From an uncultured bacterium (GTDB taxonomy: Bacteria; Oederibacteriota; Oederibacteriia; Oederibacteriales; Oederibacteriaceae): a DNA stretch of 64,000 nucleotides. Shown here piece after piece: positions 29,084 to 39,439 of the stretch. Within the stretch, counting starts at the first letter, position 1. Every line of letters starts with the position of its first letter. The notes beneath the pieces were generated by a model. The model saw nothing but the letters and a program-made list of their open reading frames with translations, was not told the origin of the DNA and did no database searches. The position numbers and the translations under genes are program-made. The stretch covers positions 320,001 to 384,000 of the forward strand of contig OZ218778.1 of assembly GCA_965112635.1 (NCBI GenBank), in the 5' to 3' direction.

Positions 29084-29644
29084 CTAATGACCTGTGGTAT
29101 ACGCTAGAAGAGTCATGGTGATTCTCAAATTGGAAATCTTAGGTTTTGTCACATCGTATTGAATAGTGGTCACAAAAGCAGCTAAGGGTATCGGGGAAAC
29201 CCTCAAGTTACTGAGTAAATGACAAAAATTATTAAAATTGGTCGAGATGTTCATATCCATACAGATGGCATTGTAACCAATGCCCCCCGCATCCCGCCTC
29301 AAAGTCTTTCGGGGAGGATTGATGCCAGTATAAGAGACCCTGCTGTCCGCCATCAATTGCGTGATTTCATTGATCAAAGCAGGATAGCTTAAGGTATCGG
29401 GCAGCTTTCCCTGTAGATACTGTTGTAATTTGATTAACTGTTCACCTTTAAATTTTGCTAAATCGTACTGCTTAGCAACGGTCCTAGCATTTTCTAGCTT
29501 GCTCTTTTTATCCTGCAACTCAGAAAAACTTTGGGTAATCGCTTTGTCTAAAGGAATATAAATGTATCCAAAAAAACCATACAAAGCGACAATCACGACA
29601 ACCCCTATGACGATCCACATTTGCACCTTTTTTGATATTTTCAC
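29084..29644 (-). CDS. pilO: Type IV pilus alignment protein PilO
   Basis: N-terminal TM, coiled coil, KLP motif; pilMNOPQ order. Confidence 0.8.
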   Translation of the reverse strand: MKISKKVQMWIVIGVVVIVALYGFFGYIYIPLDKAITQSFSELQDKKSKLENARTVAKQYDLAKFKGEQLIKLQQYLQGKLPDTLSYPALINEITQLMADSRVSYTGINPPRKTLRRDAGGIGYNAICMDMNISTNFNNFCHLLSNLRVSPIPLAAFVTTIQYDVTKPKISNLRITMTLLAYTTGH

Positions 29645-29665
29645 CTAAAATCTCCGCTTAAATTT

Positions 29666-30250
29666 TTATAAATCTGGATACAAAGTATTTTTGCTTTCGC
29701 AGGTTATTCTAAATTGATAGAACGTTGTTCCGTTCTGTATGCTTTCTGTTATAGCGCCCAGAATGGACACATTAAACAAAGGACTCTGTCCAAGATTATG
29801 ATAAAACTCCAGAATGCGGTCCCTGTTGATTGAATAACCATCGATGTCGACCAATTTACCCGTTTTAGTCTTATCGGCACTCGTGGCCTTCCCCAAAGCC
29901 GAAATCCAAACCCCTTGGGGCAAACGAGCGCTCAAATCGTCCAAAAAAGACAACCAGACGGTTTGGTCTCCGGAAATGGATTCTAGAACAGCCATCTGAT
30001 CCTTTACTGATTTTTCTCTTGTCTCGATCTCCGTGACAAGATTGACCTTATCAATGAGTTCGGGAGCATTGAGCGCAACTTCCACTTGGTCAATCTCCTT
30101 TTTTATTTCATTAAGCACAGCAAGCTTCTGGAAATATAACCATCCAAGGACCAAAATCAGCAATCCGCCTGCCCCAATGATTAAGCTGTTCTGGAAACGA
30201 GAAACTCTTGCTTCCCTAATCTGAGGAGGCAGTAAATTTATCTGTATCAA
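29666..30250 (-). CDS. pilN: Type IV pilus alignment protein PilN
   Basis: INLLP motif, TM segment, LPQGVWI. Confidence 0.9.
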   Translation of the reverse strand: MIQINLLPPQIREARVSRFQNSLIIGAGGLLILVLGWLYFQKLAVLNEIKKEIDQVEVALNAPELIDKVNLVTEIETREKSVKDQMAVLESISGDQTVWLSFLDDLSARLPQGVWISALGKATSADKTKTGKLVDIDGYSINRDRILEFYHNLGQSPLFNVSILGAITESIQNGTTFYQFRITCESKNTLYPDL

Positions 30251-30252
30251 AT

Positions 30253-31365
30253 TTAGACCTTTCTTACGGCCAATCCTACTACAACAGGAAACAAAGCCGC
30301 TTTTTTACTTAGTGTATCTACCACATCCTGAGGGGCATCAATATTCTTAAAAGGGTTGTTCCACTCCACGGGAATCCCCAATTTTTCTTGCAAATACTTC
30401 TCCAAATTCTTTATTTCGGCGCTGCCGCCGCTTAATAGCAACTTTTGGATCGGTTTCTTTTTGGGTAAAGTTTCGTAATAATCAAAGAACTTCCTGATTT
30501 CAGAAATTAATTTGTTTAAAGTTGGACTGATGGCTTCAAAAATTTGGATCGAGCGATCTTCTTTATTGGGCATCCTCAAAAGAGAAAGATCGTCCGATTC
30601 CACCAGGATGCTGGCTTGAAGCTTTTTTAACTCTTCTGCCTGCTCAAAGCTTAAATTGAACTCGCGCTGTATGTCCTTGGTCAGATTTTCTCCGGCGACA
30701 AAAATATCCCGGGTAATCCTCATGTTGCTGCCTTCCATAATACTCACAGTGGATATTTTGGATCCGATATTTAAAAGGACCGTGGCGTCTTCTCCAAGCT
30801 CTTTGCCATAGTTCATCTCGAAAGCGTTGCAGAGGGCGAAGCAATCGACATCGATGATGATCGACCTCAACCCAGATTCCTTAAGGATCTTTAAATGCCT
30901 GTCCAAAACATCGTGTTTGGCGCCGACCAACAACACTTCGATCTTCTTTTGGTTATCTTCGGTGACCTCTCCCAAGATCTGAAAGTTAAGAGCGAATTGA
31001 TCCACATTGGGGATATATTGCTCCGCCTCGTATTGTATGACCCCCTTCAGTTCCTCTTGGCTCATCGCGGGTAATTTAACATTCCTCACGATGACGGCCT
31101 CGCCGGAAAGAGAGGTCACAACATTCCTGCTGTTGATCTTGTTTTCCTTAAAAATCTTTTTTATGGTTTCGGTCAGCAGGACTTCTTTTAACTCGGGGTC
31201 CAATTCTTCATCGCCGACCGACTCCGGCTTGGCGATATTCACGACTCCGCCTTTGACCCATTTCCATCCCTTTGAGGTCTGTTTCAATTGAACGAACTTG
31301 ATGGTGTAGGTGCCGATGTCTAACCCCACCAAGTTCGTGGACAACATTTTCTCAACAACACCCAT
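30253..31365 (-). CDS. pilM: Type IV pilus alignment protein PilM
   Basis: VGLDIGTYTIK, EAEQYIP, LSGGSA, NPF...VGLAVR. Confidence 0.94.
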   Translation of the reverse strand: MGVVEKMLSTNLVGLDIGTYTIKFVQLKQTSKGWKWVKGGVVNIAKPESVGDEELDPELKEVLLTETIKKIFKENKINSRNVVTSLSGEAVIVRNVKLPAMSQEELKGVIQYEAEQYIPNVDQFALNFQILGEVTEDNQKKIEVLLVGAKHDVLDRHLKILKESGLRSIIIDVDCFALCNAFEMNYGKELGEDATVLLNIGSKISTVSIMEGSNMRITRDIFVAGENLTKDIQREFNLSFEQAEELKKLQASILVESDDLSLLRMPNKEDRSIQIFEAISPTLNKLISEIRKFFDYYETLPKKKPIQKLLLSGGSAEIKNLEKYLQEKLGIPVEWNNPFKNIDAPQDVVDTLSKKAALFPVVVGLAVRKV

Positions 31366-31380
31366 CGATCTCCCTCTCCC

Positions 31381-32156
31381 TCACCAATGAAAGATAAAAA
31401 CTTGTGGCAGTATCATCGTAATCAAAGAACCTATCGCCATAAATGGCCCAAATGGGACAAAATCCTTCAGGCTTTTTTTACCTAATGCAATGAGGATGGC
31501 TGCCACTAACGCCCCTAATGTAAATCCCAAGACCAAAGAATTGAAAAGGCCCCGCCATCCCAAAAAAACACCTAGAACAGCCGATAACTTTACATCCCCT
31601 CCGCCCATTCCTCCTCGGCTGAGGGTTGCGATACCGCCCAATACAACGATCCCTAACAAAGCGCCAAGGACTGCATTGAACAAGCCTTGGCTCCAAGGGT
31701 TGACAAAACTCGTTACCAAAAAGAACAAAAATATAGGATACGTTATTTTATTAAAAATTAGCTGGTACTTTATGTCTAAAACAGTCACTACAAACAAGAA
31801 CGAAGCGAACACAAAGGGCAAATAAAACGAAACAGCTTTGAAATCAAACGAAAAAAAAATCTATTCCCTGTAAAAATGACTAACAAGAACAAATAAAGAA
31901 TAGAGTGGCTGGCCTCAACCCAAAAATACCTTGACGAGATGGGAGTCTTGCAAAATCGGCATTTTCTGCCCAATAACCAGTAGCTGATTAAGGGAATGTT
32001 GTCATACCACTGTATTGGCTGATGACAAGTGGGACAAAATGAACCGGGAAAAATAATTGAAATATTGCGGGGAATCCTATAAATGCAAACATTTAAAAAG
32101 CTACCTATGACTGCTCCCAACAATAATGTCGCGAGACAATATAAAGCCAAACCCAA
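31381..32156 (-). pseudogene. pilD: Prepilin peptidase, split at a T9 homopolymer (31851-31859)
   Basis: GSFLNVCIYRIP...CPTC...CRFC in frame 1; LD...GMGGGDVKL...VPFGPF in frame 2. T10 restores a single ORF. Confidence 0.85.
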
Positions 32157-32230
32157 CTCCTTCTAGGCTAAAAAGCCCAAGAAAGTAATTGTTCTAACGC
32201 CTCCCTCATTCTGAAAATAATATTTTTTTA

Positions 32231-32258
32231 ATTATATGCCGTGTTTTTGTATTGTCAA
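32231..32258 (-). promoter_or_regulatory. Consensus sigma70 promoter upstream of pilD-pilMNOPQ
   Basis: TTGACA-N16-TATAAT. Confidence 0.7.
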
Positions 32259-32368
32259 GGCAACTGTTAACAAAATGTTATTCATATTGATAAAGTTATA
32301 GGTGAATTGTTCTGAGAGTAAGGTAAGCTCTACTGAAAAACCCTTGAAAAGACATCAAAACATTAAGA

Positions 32369-33586
32369 TTAACTTACAAGACTCCCAAGGCTAAACATAG
32401 GCAAGAATAACGCAACAACTATAGAACCGATGGTACCGCCTAGAAAAACTATAATTAAAGGCTCCAGCATAGAGGTCAACGCTTCCACGGCGGCGTTAAC
32501 TTCTTCTTCATAAAACATTGAAATCCTCATGAGCATCTGGTCTAACGCGCCTGTTTCCTCTCCCACCGAGATCATGGAGGTCACCATAGGGGGGAAGATT
32601 TTGCTTTCTCTTAGGGGATCCGTAAATCCCTCCCCTTTTCTGACACTTTCCTTGGCTTTCAGGATGACCTTTTCAATCACAGAATTTCCAGAAGTCCTCG
32701 CCACGGTATCCAGAGCCTCCAGGATGGGAACACCGCTTTTGATCAATGTCCCGAGGGTGCTGGTAAAATTAGCGACGGCCGTCTTTTTTAGGAGCATGCC
32801 GATGCCGGGAAGTTTGAGCAAAAAATTGTCAAACGCATACCGGCCCTTAGGGGTTTTAACCCACATTCTGAACAAAATAAAACCTATAATACCCCCTATA
32901 ATGCCAAAAATAATATATCTGGCTAATCCATTGCTGACTGCGATTAGAATTCGGGTAGGAGCCGGTAACTCAGCCCCAAAACTATGGAATACGCTTTCAA
33001 AGGTGGGGACCACGGCAACCATGATAAAAATGACCACGGAACCGGCCACGGACAACACGACCGCAGGATAAGCCATAGCGCCTTTTATTTTCCGCTTCAA
33101 GCCTTCAGCCTTTTCTAGATACCCTGATAGTCGCTCCAAGATTTCTGACAACACGCCGCCCGCTTCACCGGACCGGATCATGTTGACAAAAAGCTCATTG
33201 AACACCTTTGGATGTTTGGCTAAGGCGTCAGCCAGAGTGCCACCACTGGAGATGTCATCTTTGACTTTACGCAGCACTTCACCAAAGGTTGGATTTTCCG
33301 CTTGCTCGGATAAAATGGTCAAACCTTGCATAATGGGAAGCCCAGAATTGATCATGACGGAAAACTGCCGGCAAAAAATAGAGATATCTTTTGTACTTAC
33401 TCTTTTTTTGGTCAAAAAACCTAGCAAGGACTTGAGATCAAAACCCTGGCCTTCTTTGCTCATGGAGACCAAGGTAAGCCTCTGCTGTTTTAGTTTGTCC
33501 ATAAAGGCTTTTTCATTTTCAGCGATAAGGCTCCCTGATACGACCGCGCCCTGTACATTTTTTGCCTTATAAGAAAAATTTGGCAA
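32369..33586 (-). CDS. pilC: Type IV pilus platform protein (T2SS F family)
   Basis: FCRQFSVMINSGLP, GEAGGVL, AMAYP, GEETGALDQML, LEP. Confidence 0.95.
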   Translation of the reverse strand: MPNFSYKAKNVQGAVVSGSLIAENEKAFMDKLKQQRLTLVSMSKEGQGFDLKSLLGFLTKKRVSTKDISIFCRQFSVMINSGLPIMQGLTILSEQAENPTFGEVLRKVKDDISSGGTLADALAKHPKVFNELFVNMIRSGEAGGVLSEILERLSGYLEKAEGLKRKIKGAMAYPAVVLSVAGSVVIFIMVAVVPTFESVFHSFGAELPAPTRILIAVSNGLARYIIFGIIGGIIGFILFRMWVKTPKGRYAFDNFLLKLPGIGMLLKKTAVANFTSTLGTLIKSGVPILEALDTVARTSGNSVIEKVILKAKESVRKGEGFTDPLRESKIFPPMVTSMISVGEETGALDQMLMRISMFYEEEVNAAVEALTSMLEPLIIVFLGGTIGSIVVALFLPMFSLGSLVS

Positions 33587-33627
33587 AGCAACTCCTTCCG
33601 CTTCGTCCTAACCTAAGATCGATAAAG

Positions 33628-34692
33628 CTATGCGGTATTATAGATTAACTTTTGAAGTTCTTTCGGGTCCAAAGTATGAGACATCGCTTCTTTGAAATTA
33701 ATCAGGCCTTGCTTATAAAGGTCCGCTAAAGCCTGATTCATGGTTCTCATTCCCTCTGACAACCCTGTCTGCATCGTTGAATACACCTGGTGGATTTTCT
33801 CTTCGCGGATAAGGTTTCTAATGGCTGGATTGAGGAGCAGCACTTCCACAGCGATACATCGGCCCGTTCCAGAAGCTTTAAGAAGAAGCTGCTGGGAAAA
33901 AATCGCCTGCAAAACAAAGGAGAGCTGCACTCGGACCTGCTCCTGTTGGTGCGAGGGAAAAACATCGATTATTCGGTTCAGGGTCTGGATAGCGTCCGTG
34001 GTATGCAAAGTCGCCAGCACGAGATGTCCTGTTTCTGCGATCGTCAAAGCCGCGTTGATGGTTTCCAAGTCACGCATTTCTCCGATCAGGATCACATCAG
34101 GGTCCTCTCTCAGGGCATATTTAAGAGCATTGCCAAAAGAGTCCGTGTCCGTCCCAACTTCCCTTTGATTGATAATGCACTTTTTATGAAAATGGATGAA
34201 TTCGATGGGGTCTTCCACAGTCAGGATGTGTCCCGGCCTGGAATTATTAATATAATCGACCATCGAGGCCAGGGTCGTTGACTTACCACTGCCCGTAGGC
34301 CCGGTGACCAAGATCAAGCCTTTAGGCAAATTGGCCAGACTGGCCGTGACTCCCGGCAACCCCAGTTCCTCGAAAGTCATGATTCTATTATTGATATTTC
34401 TCAAAACAGCGGCGACAGCACCTCTCTGCCGGAACACATTCATACGGATACGCCCTTTACCTTCGATGCCGAAAGAAAGGTCCAGCTCCTTGTTCCTTTC
34501 GAACCGTTCCTTATGGTCATCCGTAAGAACCGAATAGATCACTTCCTGTACGGTCTGGGGAGTGAGCTTTTCATATTCGGTAGGCAGGATGGCGCCATCA
34601 ATGCGGATCATGGGCGGCTTTCCCGCAGTTAAGTGAAGATCGGACCCGCCTTTTTCAAACAGTTCGTTCAATAACCTGTCAATGGTTACCAC
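33628..34692 (-). CDS. pilT: Type IV pilus retraction ATPase
   Basis: GPTGSGKSTT, LREDPDVILIGEMRD, AIRNLIRE. Confidence 0.96.
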   Translation of the reverse strand: MVTIDRLLNELFEKGGSDLHLTAGKPPMIRIDGAILPTEYEKLTPQTVQEVIYSVLTDDHKERFERNKELDLSFGIEGKGRIRMNVFRQRGAVAAVLRNINNRIMTFEELGLPGVTASLANLPKGLILVTGPTGSGKSTTLASMVDYINNSRPGHILTVEDPIEFIHFHKKCIINQREVGTDTDSFGNALKYALREDPDVILIGEMRDLETINAALTIAETGHLVLATLHTTDAIQTLNRIIDVFPSHQQEQVRVQLSFVLQAIFSQQLLLKASGTGRCIAVEVLLLNPAIRNLIREEKIHQVYSTMQTGLSEGMRTMNQALADLYKQGLINFKEAMSHTLDPKELQKLIYNTA

Positions 34693-34741
34693 ACGGCCCT
34701 CCTAGCCCACAATTCTATTAAAAATATAGCTTACCTTACCC

Positions 34742-35752
34742 TCAAGTGCAAGGGATAGGCTTCCCTGCGTAGATCTCCGGATTGACGAGATGGGCCGGCC
34801 TTTGGCATTTGAGAACAGCTAGAATATTGAGCGCGGCTTTTTCAGACATCTTCTCTCGGGTATGGACGGTCGCACTGCCTAAATGCGGGGTCAAGACCAC
34901 ATTCTTCATTTTCAGCAGCTCTGGATGGACCTCGGGTTCTTTTTCAAAAACATCCAATCCCGCTCCTGCCAGCTGATTATGGAGCAGGCTTTTCACCAAA
35001 GCCTGTTCATCGACCACGGGTCCACGGGAGGTATTGATCAGCATAGCACCCGCCTGCATCCACCCCAACTTCTCTTCATTGATCAGATGGAAGGTCTCCT
35101 GGCTCAGCGGCACATGGAGGGTCACAAAATCGGACTCGCTCAGCAGGGTTTTAAGGTCGACCCAGCGGGCATTGAGTTCCTCCTCCATGGACGGTTCTGC
35201 TCTCCGCCGAGAGGTGTAGAGTACTCTCATCTGAAAGCCAGCGGCCCGCCGTGCCATCGCCTGCCCTATCCGCCCCATACCAATGATCCCTAAAGTCTTC
35301 CCGAACACCTCGGTTCCCAGCAGCAACATCGGCTGCCAACCTTTGAACTGTCCTGCCCTTACCAGCCCATCTCCCTCCACCACCCTCCGCGCCAGGGACA
35401 TGAGCAGGGACCAGGCCAGGTCCGCAGTGGCTTCAGTCAGGATCCCGGGCGTATTGGCCACTGGGATCCTCAGCCTGGTCGCGGTAGCCACATCGATATT
35501 GTTCGTTCCTACGGCGTAGTTAGAGATCACCAACAGCTGGGGATTGGAGGTAATCACCTCCTGATCAACGGAATCCGACAGGAGGCAAAGCAGGGCTTGC
35601 TTGGATTTCAATCTTTGGATGAGTTCCCCTTTGATCAGAGGGTCTTGTCCTTCATAAACTTCCACGGCGCAATGCTCGCGTAAAAGTTTCAGTCCGGTTT
35701 CAGGGACCTTGCCGGTTACCAATACGTTTGGAGTTACAGCTTCCAAGGTCAC
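34742..35752 (-). CDS. gyaR: D-glycerate dehydrogenase / glyoxylate reductase
   Basis: NTPGILTEATAD, GMGRIG, INTSRG, DVFEKEP, PHLGSAT; GTG 35752 overlaps the aroE stop. Confidence 0.85.
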   Translation of the reverse strand: MTLEAVTPNVLVTGKVPETGLKLLREHCAVEVYEGQDPLIKGELIQRLKSKQALLCLLSDSVDQEVITSNPQLLVISNYAVGTNNIDVATATRLRIPVANTPGILTEATADLAWSLLMSLARRVVEGDGLVRAGQFKGWQPMLLLGTEVFGKTLGIIGMGRIGQAMARRAAGFQMRVLYTSRRRAEPSMEEELNARWVDLKTLLSESDFVTLHVPLSQETFHLINEEKLGWMQAGAMLINTSRGPVVDEQALVKSLLHNQLAGAGLDVFEKEPEVHPELLKMKNVVLTPHLGSATVHTREKMSEKAALNILAVLKCQRPAHLVNPEIYAGKPIPCT

Positions 35753-36615
35753 CTCTTCGTTTTCCTTAGCGCGGCCAGGAGTGCTTTTTTCATGGCGGGG
35801 ATCGGCGCCTTTTCCCCGGTCCACAATTCAAAAGATAAAGCGCCCTGGTACAAGAGCATCCCCAACCCGTCAATAGCCTTGGCTCCCTTGCTGCGGCCGG
35901 CCTTAAGCAAATCTGTATCCTTGCCGTACACCAGATCCATCACGGTCATGCCTTGGTGCAGCCAATCTTTTTTGAGCAAAGACTTGGCGCCGGGCTGCAT
36001 ACCCACCGAAGTGGCATTGACCAGGAGGTCGCTTTCACGGACCAATCCCGCAAGCTTGCGGTCCTTGAGGGACAACGCCAGTATCGTGGTCTTTGACCGT
36101 AACCGTTGCAAGCTGTTGATCAACTTGGCCGCTTTGAAAAATGTCCGGTTAGCGATGGAAAGCTTTGAAATTCCGGCGGAAACCAGGGCAAAAGCGACGG
36201 CCTGGGCTGCTCCGCCGGCTCCCAGCAGCACGGCTTTTTTTCCGGAGGGATCAAACCCGGCATCGCGCCGCAAACTGGTCAGTAGTCCCTGCACATCGGT
36301 ATTATACCCGATCAGTTTTTTCCCTCTGACCACGATCGTGTTGACAGCCTTGATCAGTTTTGCCTGGCCTTTGAGTTCGTCCAAAAAAGGTATGACAGCC
36401 TGTTTATGGGGAATGGTCACGTTGACCCCGTCCAAGGACATGGCGGAGATGGCTCGGACAGCTTCCCCTACCTGGGCAGGCGGTACCAGTAGAGGCAGAT
36501 AGACCGCCCTGACTCCCTGTGATTTAAAAGCCGCTTCATGCATGGTCGGGGACAGCGTATGGGCAATAGGAAAACCCATGACCCCGAATATTCTGACTGG
36601 CTTGTTTTGCTTCAT
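35749..36615 (-). CDS. aroE: Shikimate dehydrogenase
   Basis: HTLSPTMH, NVTIPHK, AVNT, GYNTD, GAGGAA, DGLGMLLYQG. Confidence 0.95.
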   Translation of the reverse strand: MKQNKPVRIFGVMGFPIAHTLSPTMHEAAFKSQGVRAVYLPLLVPPAQVGEAVRAISAMSLDGVNVTIPHKQAVIPFLDELKGQAKLIKAVNTIVVRGKKLIGYNTDVQGLLTSLRRDAGFDPSGKKAVLLGAGGAAQAVAFALVSAGISKLSIANRTFFKAAKLINSLQRLRSKTTILALSLKDRKLAGLVRESDLLVNATSVGMQPGAKSLLKKDWLHQGMTVMDLVYGKDTDLLKAGRSKGAKAIDGLGMLLYQGALSFELWTGEKAPIPAMKKALLAALRKTKR

Positions 36616-36736
36616 TTTAGGACCCTTCCTCAATTGAACTGCAGAATTGCTTACTATGATAATACTTCCCGGGCCAAGGGTGGGGGATTTTTTTAATTCT
36701 TTTTTCAGGAAACTCCGGCCCTATGGCCTCGGATTC

Positions 36737-38677
36737 CTACTCTTTGTGGGGCATTTCTTTTTTGCCGGTTTTAGTGTTTTCGTTCTGTTTGTTCAAGGCA
36801 CTGCGGGCTGCCACTTTGATGGTGGCGGACGGGTTGTTGGTCATCTCGCTCAATAACTTGGTGACTTTGGGATTATTAAAATACCCCAGGGTTTTTATGG
36901 CGGCCACTTGCACCGACTCTGGTTTTTTCTTTTTGAGGAACTCTTTGTTTCTGGCCAGCTGCATCAAGAGGCCGATAGCCTCCGGGGTTTGGAAATGCAT
37001 AGTCGCCATGCAGGCCTCCACCTGGATTACTTCACTCTCCTCTTTTTCTTTGGAAAAAACCGAACGGAATCCCACCATAGTGGATAAGGTTTGATAGGCT
37101 GCTTTGGTCCTGCTCTGCCCCAATAGGCGCAGCGCTTCGACCCGTATCTCCTGGTCCACGTCCGAAACGGCATCCAAAAGAAAATTCACCGACCTGAGGT
37201 TATGGATCCGCGACACGCATTTCATGATCTCTTTGCGCACTCCCGGATGTGGATGGTAAAAAGCTTTCTCCAGCTGTTCCAGCATCGATTCCTCATACCC
37301 GATGGTATCCACGACCTCCAGAATGCGTTTGGCCACATCATAGGGCACCAGGCTGTCGATCTCTTTTAACAGCTGGTCCGAAGCGTCCTTGCCGTATTTT
37401 TTTAGGATACCCGCCACGCTCTTGCGGAACTGATAGTTGTCCGACGCCTTGACGGCCTTGATGAGAGGGTCCACTGAAAATTCGTCGAACTTGAGGATAA
37501 CGGAATAAGCTTGTTCCTGGGCGGTCTTGTCCCCGCTCTTGAGGTCATTGACCAGCATTTGCATCGCTTCGCTGCCGGCCATCTTTTTCATGACTTCGCT
37601 GGCATACTGTACCCTGTTCTTAAAAATATCGCTTTCCACGACCTGATGCTTCTTGAACATATCAATGACACGGGTCCCTTTTTCATAATTCCCCTTCTGG
37701 AAACTCTTGGCCACATTCTCTTCCAGAAGACCAGCCATTTCCTGGTAGACCTTTTCGTTGGTCTCCCGGTCCTCAGTCTGGATGAACTTTTCCTGTAAAT
37801 GTTCCTGTATCTTTTGGTCTGAAAGACTCCCGATCGTGGGCGACATTTCCTTGAAAGAACGCACCGCATCCAGCCGCAGGTCAACCGAGTTGTTATCAAG
37901 GTTTTCGGCCACCTTTCCCACGACTTTAAAAGCCACGTCTCCCTGGGCGCAGGCATCCAGTTGCCTGAGGAGCTGGCCCATCTGCTGTCGTCGTTCAGGC
38001 TTTAAAAGGACACTGGCCTCCTCTGCGGTCCACTCCTGGGCTTGTATCAGTACCCTTTGTTCCGGCGTCATGGCCGGCCCGGCGGCCGCTCCTACCGGTA
38101 CCCCAAATCCAACGCCTCCTCCCATTCCGCCCCCCGTGCCGTCACCTCCGCCGCCTCCGCCTCCCCCGGTCCCTTCCTTGCCGCCTTCTCCGGTGCCTTC
38201 GTCCAGATAGACATACACCCTCTTTTCCACCTGGATGTTACTGACCTTGGCCGCCTGCAGGAGCGCCTCAAAATTTTCCTCTTGGTCTTTCCTCGGCCGC
38301 CGGCTCAAAAGTTCCATGAACGACTTGAATTCGTCCGGAGAATACCCCTTGTTAAAAATCATCCCCCTGATCTTATGTTGTTTGAAAGTTTCCACCAGAA
38401 GCTTGACGGCGCTGGAGGTGTCCCCTTTGGCCTGGATATAACTGCCGTTGACCAGCAGTTCGCCTTCTACCGCGGAAACGGTCAATGGATTTTTTTGTTC
38501 CAGCATGGCTTCCATGTTCTTGGCGATGGCGACCATGGATTCCTGGACGACTTTATGAGAGATGGGGTAGATCTGCAGGTTGGAAAGGGCGATACGCAGA
38601 TTGCGCAGCCATTGGGCCAAAGGCTGGGAGTTGGGTGCCTGGGACTGGGAAGCCTGTGGGTTATCTTGCTGATCCAT
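36737..38677 (-). CDS. HEAT-repeat protein with N-terminal YPxxH domain and Gly-rich linker
   Basis: LQIYPISH; poly-Gly tract; C-terminal HEAT-like repeats (IRVEALRLLG, VQVAAIKTLG). Confidence 0.75.
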   Translation of the reverse strand: MDQQDNPQASQSQAPNSQPLAQWLRNLRIALSNLQIYPISHKVVQESMVAIAKNMEAMLEQKNPLTVSAVEGELLVNGSYIQAKGDTSSAVKLLVETFKQHKIRGMIFNKGYSPDEFKSFMELLSRRPRKDQEENFEALLQAAKVSNIQVEKRVYVYLDEGTGEGGKEGTGGGGGGGGDGTGGGMGGGVGFGVPVGAAAGPAMTPEQRVLIQAQEWTAEEASVLLKPERRQQMGQLLRQLDACAQGDVAFKVVGKVAENLDNNSVDLRLDAVRSFKEMSPTIGSLSDQKIQEHLQEKFIQTEDRETNEKVYQEMAGLLEENVAKSFQKGNYEKGTRVIDMFKKHQVVESDIFKNRVQYASEVMKKMAGSEAMQMLVNDLKSGDKTAQEQAYSVILKFDEFSVDPLIKAVKASDNYQFRKSVAGILKKYGKDASDQLLKEIDSLVPYDVAKRILEVVDTIGYEESMLEQLEKAFYHPHPGVRKEIMKCVSRIHNLRSVNFLLDAVSDVDQEIRVEALRLLGQSRTKAAYQTLSTMVGFRSVFSKEKEESEVIQVEACMATMHFQTPEAIGLLMQLARNKEFLKKKKPESVQVAAIKTLGYFNNPKVTKLLSEMTNNPSATIKVAARSALNKQNENTKTGKKEMPHKE

Positions 38678-38693
38678 AAATCCAACCTCTCCT

Positions 38694-39323
38694 CTAGGAA
38701 AGTGATTTATCTATAGAACTCAAAGCGCAAAAGGACTCTACCTGTTTGGTTTCTTCGGGGTCCAGAGCGACGAATTCCACACCAAAACCCGGCATGGGTC
38801 CAGGCTGGCTGTGCGCCACCTGGCCAAAGACCTTTCTAAGGCTGCCCAGGTCGGCTAACACGATCTCCTCAAAGCAGATCAATTCTCCCTCTGAGAAATT
38901 CACCGGGGTCTGGAAATAAAGGCCGCCGCAGGAGATATTCAGGATAAATCCCGAGGCGATCTTACTGGTTTCCTGGAGGGAATAAATACTCGGGATAGGG
39001 ATGTTGACCCTTATGCGGACCGACTTGCGGGCGTTCAAACCTAGATCGTGCTTCTTGTCTTTAAGGTCCTGGTCTTGGCTGGAAACGCTCTGGGGAAATG
39101 CAAGGGGTTCTCCTTTTTTTACATTCAAGGAATTGACCATCCGCTGCAAGAAAATGTTAAGTTCGGGTTTGTCCTGGGTCTGGTTCAAAAGGACCGTATA
39201 GCCCGCCATGGCGGCATCATACTGTTTGATGTCCTGCTGTTCTAGCAGTCGGAGCACTTGTGACCTGAAATTTTGGAAATATCCTTCTCCTTTTCGTCCA
39301 AAAAAAGAAAAGATAGGGCTCAC
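38694..39323 (-). CDS. PilZ domain protein
   Basis: RKSVR and NISCGG motifs, FGVEF. Confidence 0.8.
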   Translation of the reverse strand: MSPIFSFFGRKGEGYFQNFRSQVLRLLEQQDIKQYDAAMAGYTVLLNQTQDKPELNIFLQRMVNSLNVKKGEPLAFPQSVSSQDQDLKDKKHDLGLNARKSVRIRVNIPIPSIYSLQETSKIASGFILNISCGGLYFQTPVNFSEGELICFEEIVLADLGSLRKVFGQVAHSQPGPMPGFGVEFVALDPEETKQVESFCALSSIDKSLS

Positions 39324-39439
39324 CGGTCCTCCGCTTTATGATTTTTTTACTGCAATACCTCAATTATACTACTCTAGAAATAGAGCCCAAAACAATTATT
39401 CCGCCCCGAGGCTCATGGCTAGTTAGGACCCAATAAAGA

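Noticed and set aside
32260-32320. DnaA-box cluster / oriC
   Set aside because: Only degenerate matches (e.g. TTATTCATA), no perfect TTATCCACA and no dnaA nearby.
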